58,301 nt of DNA from contig NW_026575257.1 of assembly GCF_028641065.1 (NCBI RefSeq), forward strand, positions 1-58,301, written 5' to 3'. A program made the translations under genes and the position numbers. Of the stretch, positions 50,498 through 58,301 are shown in pieces; the first letter of the stretch is position 1, and each line of letters opens with the position of its first letter. Below the pieces are notes generated by a model. It ran no database searches and was not told where the DNA came from. It worked only from the letters and a program-made list of their open reading frames with translations. Source of the stretch: Leucoraja erinacea. Lineage: Eukaryota.

Positions 50498-50727
50498 ATG
50501 AGATTTTCTCATCTCGGTCCTAAAAAACTTCTCTCTTATCCATAAACTGTGACCCCCTGTTCTGGACTTCCCCAACATCGGGAATTATCTTCCTGCATCT
50601 AGCCTAACCAACCCCTTAAGAATTTTGTAAGTTTCTATCACAACCCCCCTCAATCTTCTAAATTCTAGTGAATACAAGCCGAGTCTATCCAGTCTTTCTA
50701 CATATGAACGTCCTGCCAATCCAGAAG
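50498..50727 (-). mobile_element. CR1 fragment
   Basis: SYVERLDRLGLYSLEFRRLRG. Confidence 0.8.
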
Positions 50728-50779
50728 AGAGGCTGACGGAGGAGCCTACTAGGGAGCAGAAAGCTTTCCAGATACAAGA

Positions 50780-50940
50780 CCGAAGATAGACACAAAATGC
50801 TGGAGCAATTGATCCGTTCAAGCAACGTCTGTGGAGAAAAGGAATGACGGTCGCTTCGGGTCGACAACGTCTGAAGAAGGGTCTCGACCCGAAACATCAC
50901 CCATTCCTGCTCTCCAGAGATGCTGCCTGGCCCGCTAAGT
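50780..50940. repeat. Palindromic Penelope-derived element with hammerhead core motif at 50871-50898
   Basis: CTGAAGA-A-GGGTC-TC-GACCC-GAAAC-ATC between inverted arms. Confidence 0.7.
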
Positions 50941-50942
50941 TA

Positions 50943-51340
50943 AGGGCCTGTCCCACGAGCATGCGACTGCATGCGGCTTGCGCGACCTATCGTGGTCGCT
51001 TGAGCCGTACGACGTCCCTGGGCCGGTCCCACTTCAGTCGCTGGAGCCGTATGGAGTTGTGCGGAGCTGGTCCCGACATCCGAAACACTGACACTGTCGA
51101 AAAACCCCGCGCGCGAACGGCCTGCCGGCCCGCAGCGTCTTGGCGGCGTAGGCAGCGTCTTGACGGCGTAGGCCTAGCGCGTGGCGTTGCGCGATGACGT
51201 AACGCTCGACGCCGTGGGGCGTCCAAATCCAGTCGGCCCGCCTCCTGCCCAGCTGATTGGTGAGGATGACGTCGGGACCGGCTCCAGACGGCTCCGCGGT
51301 TGGAAGTGGGACCGGCCTGGCGAGGATGTCCTGGCCCCTT
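50943..51340. mobile_element. PIF/Harbinger-like GC-rich MITE
   Basis: Starts (TTA)AGGGCCTGTCCCAC. Internal inverted repeat GGCCGGTCCCACTTC (~51021) / GAAGTGGGACCGGCC (~51303). Confidence 0.55.
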
Positions 51341-51629
51341 CCCCACACCCTCCCACGGCATGTTCCCACTGCCCCCCTCCCCCCTCTCCTACCAATCGCC
51401 GTGACCCCCACTCTCCCAACGTCCGTGACCCCCCAATCCCAGTGAACCCCCCCACCCTCCAATCCAGTATCCCAGTGTCCCCCCACGCACCCCACGCACC
51501 CTCCCCACAACCCGTGTCCCCACGCACCCCCCTACCCCAGTGACCCTACCCCCAATCCCCGTGACCCTCCCCCCCCCCCCCCCACCACCACAAGCAGCCA
51601 CGGACAAGTAGCTGGAGAACACACTTGAT

Positions 51630-51635
51630 TTTATT
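51630..51635 (-). terminator. Candidate polyadenylation signal of the MHC class I-like gene
   Basis: AATAAA on the minus strand, ~250 nt after a candidate last-exon acceptor (GTTCAG| at 51882). Confidence 0.35.
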
Positions 51636-51707
51636 GAACATTTATGTGGCGACAGTTAAGCAGAACACGCCCCCCTCCCCCAAAAAGAATCATATTCCCT
51701 GATCACC

Positions 51708-51744
<37 letters not shown>

Positions 51745-51934
51745 AGTCCACAGTCCACGGGTGGATGTGACGTCACAACGCCAGGAACCCCCCACTCCGT
51801 ATCCGGGCCTCGGGTCAACCAGCGCTGTAACGCTCCAGCTGTGATTCATTCCCACCAGATGTTGATCGGGACTGTTCCCCCCTGAACACCGTCATTGCAA
51901 GAACATTATGGGCAGCAGCAGCCTCCCCCCCCCC

Positions 51935-52005
<71 letters not shown>

Positions 52006-52181
52006 ACCCCCCCCAGTGCAGTCAGTGAATGAGCAGCGACCCATAGAGCGAAGCGCAAAGTACAAATCACCAAATCAGCTGTAGATGCGCTCATTGCTCC
52101 CCCTCCCCCACCATTACACCCCCCCCCCCAACAGCAGAAACCCCGCAAACGTGTCCGCGCTCTCCACCGACGCTCCTGTAC

Positions 52182-52208
52182 CGGGGGCGGCGGCGGCACA
52201 CGGCGGCC
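52182..52208 (-). CDS. Candidate 27-nt cytoplasmic-tail micro-exon of the MHC class I-like gene
   Basis: TAAC branch-like site, long pyrimidine tract and CCCCCAG| acceptor, then GG CCG CCG TGT GCC GCC GCC GCC CCC G|GTACAG; phase 1-1. Confidence 0.35.
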
Positions 52209-52499
52209 CTGGGGGAGACAGACAGACAGACAGAGAGAGAGAGTTGGTTACAGAGCGACACAAGCCCACCCGTGTAGCAGTAGTACTGACCCCCGCCCCT
52301 GCCGGCAATACACCCCCCAGCACCACAGCACAGTACAGCACAACAACAGGCCCTTCGGCCCTCACTGTCTGTGCCGACCATGCTGCCGACACCAACTATT
52401 TGTCTGCGCGTCACCTCCACCCCGCTCCCCGCATGTCCACGTGTCCATCCACAAGTCTCTTTAATGTCACTGTCGTGTCTGTGTGTCCCCCCCCCCATC

Positions 52500-53226
52500 C
52501 CCCTCAATTATCAGCAATAAAACCACCCCCCACCCCGGGAATAACTCCCACCCCCCGGAAATACCCACCCTCCCCTCACTGTATATAATACCCTCCCCCA
52601 CCAACCCACACACACCGATGGCATAACCCCCCCCCCCCCCCCCCCCCACACCACATACACACAAACGGTAGCCCCTCCCCTCACTGGATATGATACCCAC
52701 TCCCCAACACACACACACCGCTGGCATAACCCCCCCCCCCCCCCCCGCCACCACACACACACACACACACACAAAACACGGTAGCCCCTCCCCTCGCAAC
52801 GGGGCATTAAACCCACAGCTCCCCCGCCGGGAATAACCCCCCCCCCTTCCCCGGTGATAACCCCCCCCCCCTGGCGACGCCGTGGGTGCAGTGAGGCGCG
52901 GGCAGACTGACACGCGCACACACATGAGCACGGGGACACAGGGACTCGTACGGTCACGTACACGTGGCGGGGACGCGCACAGACAGTCACAGCGCAGACA
53001 CGTGGACAGATACGCAAGGGTGATGCGCACAAAAATATACAGACACACACGGCCACGCGCAGCAGCACACGGACACGCGCAGACATACACGGACACACGC
53101 AGGAGCACACGGACACGCGCACTGACACACGCAGACACGCGCGGCCACCAGCGGACACGCGCAGACACACACGGACACGCGCACAGACACACACGGACAC
53201 GCGCAGACACACACGGACACGCGCAC
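52500..53226. repeat. C-rich tandem repeats and a (CACACGGACACGCGCAGA)n minisatellite
   Basis: Directly visible. The Cys/Val-rich ORFs here are repeat artefacts. Confidence 0.85.
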
Positions 53227-55365
53227 AGAATAGAATATAGAATAGTTTATTTATTGTCATTGTAACATGAACCATGTACAACGAAATTTAAAAATGTCAG
53301 GCAGTCAGTGCACCATTCAAACATTTCTAAAAGCTAACGATACATACAAGATCAAATATTAAAAGATAAACAACTAATAATAAATATCACGAAAATAGCA
53401 CGCATAAACACCCAACCCTCCATCCTTCTGTCGATTTCACAGTGTACCACAGTCCCTTAGTATGTATCGCCCCTGCGTTCCTTGGCGGATACATTTAGTG
53501 CTTTTATAGCAGTGGGGTAAAAACTGTTTTTTAGTCTGTTCGTCCTTGTCCTTGTAGATCTGTACCGTCTGCCTGACGGCAACAGTTCAAACAGGGAGTG
53601 TCCGGGGTGGGAAATGTCTTTTATGGTACTCTGGGATTTTTTGGTGCAGCGGGAACTGTGTAAGTCCTCCAAGGTAAGGAGAGGGCAGCCGGCAATCCTC
53701 TGGGCGTTGTCAATGGCCCTCTGGAGCGCTTTCCTCTGCGCCGCTGTGCAGCTGGTGTATCACACGCATACACAGTATGTTAGTATGCTCTCAATGGAGC
53801 ACCGATAAAAGGACAGCAGCAGTCTCTGAGTGATGTTATTCTTCCTGAGCACCCTTAGGAAGTGCAGTCTCTGCTGGACCTTTTTCAGCAGCGCAGTGGT
53901 GTTCACGCTCCACGTCAGGTCCTCCTCAATATGGATTCCCAGGAAGCGGAAATCCGCCACCCTCTCCACAGAGCCCCCTCTGATAATCAATGGTACCATG
54001 TCCGTTTTATTCTTGCTAAAGTCTATTATTAATTCCTTTGTCATTAAGGTGTTGAGGAGCAGGTTATTTTCTTCACACCACACTGTCAGCTGCTCCGCCT
54101 CATCCCGGTAGGCGTACTCGTTCCCCCCCGGAGATGGGTCCAACCGCCGTAGTGTCCTCCGCAAATTTGGCAATGGTGTTGCTGTGGTGGGCGGGGATGC
54201 AGTCATGTGTGTAGACGGTGTAGAGCAGGGGGCTCAGTACGCAGCCCTGTGGAGAGCCGGTACTGAGGCTGAGGGCCGTGGATATATGATGGCCCACTCT
54301 GACTCTCTGGCTGCGACCCGACAGGAAGCTATTTATCCACGTGCAGGTGGAGTGTTGAAGTCCCAAGTCCCCCAGTTGGTCCATCAGTTTGTGGGGAAGG
54401 GTGGTATTAAAAGCAGAGCTGTAGTCCACAAAGAGCATCCGCACGTAGCTCCACCGCTGCTCCAGGTGAGACACTGCAGCATGGAGAGCTGTGGCTACAG
54501 CGTCCTCTGTAGATCTATTTGCTCTGTACGCAAACTGGTGGGGGTCAAAGCTTCGGGGCAGGAGTGATGTGATATGACCCCGGACCAGCTTTTCAAAACA
54601 CTTCATCACCACTGGTGTGAGTGCGACTGGCCGGTAGTCGTTGAGGCTGGAGATGTGGATTTTTTTGGGCAAGGGGATTATGGTGGAGGACTTCAGACAG
54701 GGTGGAACAGTGGACTGTGCCAGAGACTGGTTAAAAATCCTCGTCCAGACTCCAGCCAGCTGGTCTGCGCAGTCCTTCAACACGCGTCCAGAGACGCCGT
54801 CAGGTCCAGTAGCCTTCCTTGGATTGATGGCCCTCACCTCATGCTCCTCTATCTTGCGGGTTAGGCTGCTGTGGACCATGTGCTGTGATGTGGCTGTCTC
54901 GGGTGGCTCCACTTCAAAGCGAGCAAAAAAGTGGTTCAGCTCCTCTGCCAACGAGGCGTCACGTTCAACAGCTCCAAGGTTGGTCTTATAGTTGGTAAGA
55001 TACTGGATCCCCTGCCACACTTGCCTGCTGTTGTTACTGTCTAGGTGGTCCTCTATCTTCCTCCTGTAGTTTGATTTGGCCTCTCTGATGCCTCTCTTCA
55101 GGTTAGCTCGGGCCGTGCTGTATAAAGCCCTATCGCCAGACCTAAAAGCGGTGTTCCTCTCTTTCAACAGCCACTGGACCTCCCGGGTCATCCAGGGCTT
55201 CTCGTTGGGGTAGACCCGGATGCGTTTGTCCACTGTGACCGTGTCCATGCAGTTTTTAATGTAACACAGTACACTGTCTGTGAAAACCTCCAGGTCCCGG
55301 TGTTCAAACACCTCCCAGTTGGTCCTGTCGAAAACAGTCCTGCAGCTGCTGAGAAGCACCATCAG
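53227..55365 (-). mobile_element. Rex1/Babar LINE, 5'-truncated, intronic
   Basis: ORF 54100..55695 ([40 protein letters not shown]), plus 53760..54206 and 53457..53672 (LPSGRRYR). (TATTC)n tail. Confidence 0.9.
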
Positions 55366-55374
55366 GCCAGGTTG

Positions 55375-56110
55375 TGACAAACACGGCACGGACAAACACG
55401 GACACGCGCAGCCACACACGGGCACGCGCACAGACACACACGGACACGCGCAGCCACACACGGACACGCGCACAGACACACACGGACATGCACAGACACA
55501 CACGGACACACGCAGACACACACGGACACACGTCAGACCACACGGGATCTTCAGGTTGGGGACAGCACAGACACCCGGATGCGCACAGTCCACTGTGACA
55601 GCAGACCACACGGACACGCGCACAGACACACAACACAACACAGTACACACACGGTCACTCGCAGACACAGACACAGGTCCCTTGGTGGCATTCAAACACT
55701 CTCCCAGTTGGTCCTGTCGAAACAGTCCTGCAGCTGCTGAGAAGCACCATCAGGCCAGGTTGTGACAAACACGGCACGGACAAACACGGACACGCGCAGC
55801 CACACACGGGCACGCGCACAGACACACACGGACACGCGCAGCCACACCCCGGACACGCGCACAGGCCACCACACGGACACCGGCCCAGACACCCACACGG
55901 ACACACCACACACCACATACACCCACACCGCGCACAGACACACCGGCCCGGACACGAGCACACAGACACACACGGACACGCACAGACACCCACACCCACA
56001 CGCGCACAGACACACACGGACACGCGCAGACACACACACCGGACACGCGCACACCCACACCCACACGGACCCGAACACAGACCCACACGGACCCGCGCAC
56101 ACCGGCAGAC
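55375..56110. repeat. CA/CG-rich minisatellite containing a local duplicate (~55690-55850) of the LINE junction at 55303-55460
   Basis: Directly visible. Confidence 0.85.
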
Positions 56111-56204
56111 ACAGGCCCCCACACCTTGGTGGCCCCCACAGCCGCTCTTCCCCGCGGTAAAACACAGACACAGTTGTCAAACCCACAGCTCCACAACTCA
56201 ATCA

Positions 56205-56730
56205 CCCACACCGGACCCACGGGCTGGGCTGTGACCGGCCCCTACACCGGGACAACACCGGGGCCCGGCACCCACACCGGCCCCCACAACCACAGCGGCA
56301 CCCACACCCACACCGGCTCCCACACCCACACCGGCCCCCACACTGGCCCCCACACCCGCACCGGGCCCCCACACCCACACCGGCTTACACCCACACCGGC
56401 CCCCACACCCACATCGGCCCCCACACCCACACCGGCCCCCACACCCACCCCCACACCGGCCCCCACACCCCACACCCACACCCCCCACACCCACTGGCCC
56501 CCACACCCACACCGGCCCCCACACACCGGCCCCCACACCCACACCGGCCCCCACACACAGCGGCACACCCACACCCACACCCCCCCACCCCCACACCCAC
56601 ACCGGACCCCACACCCCACACGGCTCCCACACCCACTCCGGCCCCACACCGGCCCCTACACCGGCCCCCACACCGGCCCCCACACCGGCCCCCAACCCCA
56701 CACCGGCCACCAACCCCACACCGGCCCCCA
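56205..56730. repeat. (CACACCGGCCCCCACACC)n minisatellite
   Basis: Directly visible 12-18-bp units. Confidence 0.9.
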
Positions 56731-56906
56731 ACGGTCTGGGGAGGGAGCGGGGAGGAGACGGGAGACAGAGGAAACAACGTGACGTCTTGTATCAGAAGAG
56801 GCGGGGGTCGGGGGCAGGTTGAGGGGCATGGGTCGGGGGGGGGGGGGGGTGTGGGGGAGGAGGAGTGCACGTCCCTCCACTGTCTCCCCCCCCCCCCCAC
56901 TACTAC

Positions 56907-57056
56907 CGTGTTTCTTCTTCCAGCAGAGGACTCCCCCCACGACCGCGGCCACCAGCACCAGGACAACGAGCACCAGGCCACTGGTGAACACCTCCACCCG
57001 GTGTTCAAAACACCATGTTGCTGCCCGACTTGCCGACTGTCCCTGATTGACAAACA
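56907..57056 (-). CDS. MHC class I-like heavy chain, connecting peptide and transmembrane exon
   Basis: CCGCCAG| acceptor, 150 nt, phase 1-1: VFVNQGQSASRAATWCFEHRVEVFTSGLVLVVLVLVAAVVGGVLCWKKKH, then G|GTAGT. Hydrophobic helix followed by a basic stop-transfer. Confidence 0.78.
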
Positions 57057-57345
57057 CTGGCGGATGAGAGACAGAGACCCCCGGATCCTCCTCCCCCAAA
57101 ATCTCTCCTTCCCCATGTCTCACTCAACCCCTTCACCTTCTCTCCCCCTCCTCTCCCTCCCGTGCTGCTTTCCTCCTCACCCACCTGCCCTGAGCGCTAC
57201 CCCACACCTCCTCACAACTCTTCCTCCCTCCCCATCTCAACCCCCCCCCCCCCTCACCCAGTCCTCTATTTCCTAACCCTTCTCTTTCCTCCCTCCGATC
57301 TCCCGCTACACCCTAATCCCCCCCCCCCCCCCCGCCCGCACTCAC

Positions 57346-57609
57346 CCAGAAAGACCTCGAGGGCCTCGGACAGCCCCGGGTGCTCTACACGACAGGAGAG
57401 CGGGGCCTTGTGTACGGGCTCCACGTGGGCCCAGCGGCGCTGCTGAAAGGTGCCGTCGTGGTTGGGCAGCGTCCCGTGGGAGCGGCTCTCATCCAGGACC
57501 AGGCCGTCCCGCACCAGGTTCACTTCGATGGAGCGCGGGTAGAAGCCCGTGGTGAAACAACACACGCGGCGCCCATCCCCCGACAGGAAGATGCTCACCT
57601 CGGGCTGAA
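57346..57609 (-). CDS. MHC class I-like heavy chain, alpha3 (Ig C1-set) exon; alpha1/alpha2 exons would lie beyond the window
   Basis: CCACAG| acceptor, 264 nt, G|GTGAG donor: QPEVSIF...VCCFTTGFYPRSIEV...LPNHDGTFQ...LSCRVEHPGL. GFYP, LPNxDGTFQ and CxVxH are class I alpha3 signatures. Confidence 0.88.
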
Positions 57610-57619
57610 CTGTGGGGGG

Positions 57620-58030
57620 AGCACAGTGAGGGGGAGACAGTGAGGAGGAGACAGTGAGGACAGGACAGTGAGGGAAACTTAGTGAGCGGGGGACAGTATG
57701 GGGGGGGGAGACACAGTGAGGGGGGAGACACAGTGAGGGGGGGAAGTGAGGGGGGGGGGAGACACGGTGAGGGGGGGGGGCAGTGGGGGGGGGCAGTGAG
57801 GGGGGGGCGAGACAGTGAAGGGGGCAGTGAGGGGAGACAGTGAGGTGGGGGCAGTGAGGGGGGAACAGTGAGGGGGACAGTGAGGGGGGACAGTGAGGGG
57901 GAGACAGTGAGGGGGGATACAGTGAGGGGGACGGTGAGTGGGGAACAGTGAGGGGGAGACAGTGAGGGGGAGACAGTGAGGGGGAGACTGTGGGGGGGGG
58001 GGCAGTGAGGGGGGGGGGCAGTGAGGGTTA
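57620..58030. repeat. (GGGGAGACAGTGA)n G-rich intronic minisatellite
   Basis: Directly visible 13-16-bp units. Confidence 0.9.
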
Positions 58031-58061
58031 GACGCAGAGAGGAGACAGAGAGGAGAGTGCT

Positions 58062-58301
58062 GACAATGGATGGAGAAGTGGTTGGCAGACAGGAAACAGA
58101 GAGTAGGGATTAACGGGTACCTTTCAGAATGGCAGGCAGTGCCTACTGGGGAACCGCAAGGCTCGGTGCTGGGACCGCAGCTATTTATAATATACATCAA
58201 TGATTTGGATGATGGGATTCAAAGTACCATTAGCAACATTGCAGATGACACAAAGCTGAATGGCAGTGTGAAGCGTGAGGAGGATGCGAGGTGACTTGGA
58301 C
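58062..58301 (+). mobile_element. CR1 RT fragment
   Basis: [13 protein letters not shown]...[19 protein letters not shown]...ADDTKL. Confidence 0.85.

Noticed and set aside
51924-52014. Very long poly-C tract as a functional G-quadruplex element
   Set aside because: Homopolymer length is unreliable in this low-quality region and there is no supporting context.
52467-56782. Cys/Val-, His/Thr- and Gly/Trp-rich ORFs resembling keratin-associated or metallothionein proteins
   Set aside because: Translations of CA/CG-rich minisatellites open in multiple frames.

Overview
Eukaryotic, repeat-rich genomic DNA, most likely from a cartilaginous fish such as a skate or ray (inferred from V-SINE/HE1-type SINEs, CR1 LINEs with esterase ORF1, and an expanded GPR139-like GPCR family). 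Bases 1-38 kb hold a tandem cluster of four two-exon GPR139-like class A GPCR copies. One is intact (minus strand, exon 1 37058-36989, exon 2 34472-33562, 326 aa) and three are pseudogenes; the minus-strand copies arose by segmental duplication. All three minus-strand copies keep a perfect POU octamer (ATGCAAAT on the sense strand) in their upstream block. After a 271-bp N gap, 51.6-57.6 kb holds the 3' half of a divergent MHC class I-like gene (alpha3 exon, TM exon, candidate micro-exons). The rest is transposon-derived: a near-full-length CR1 nested in an L1-clade LINE, Rex1/Babar LINEs, Penelope-like elements with hammerhead-ribozyme core motifs and their palindromic derivatives, SINEs, non-autonomous DNA elements, a Gypsy chromodomain relic and minisatellites. 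The 47.5-50.1 kb stretch looks like a consensus or assembly artefact. All calls were made by eye, and boundaries of degenerate repeats are approximate.
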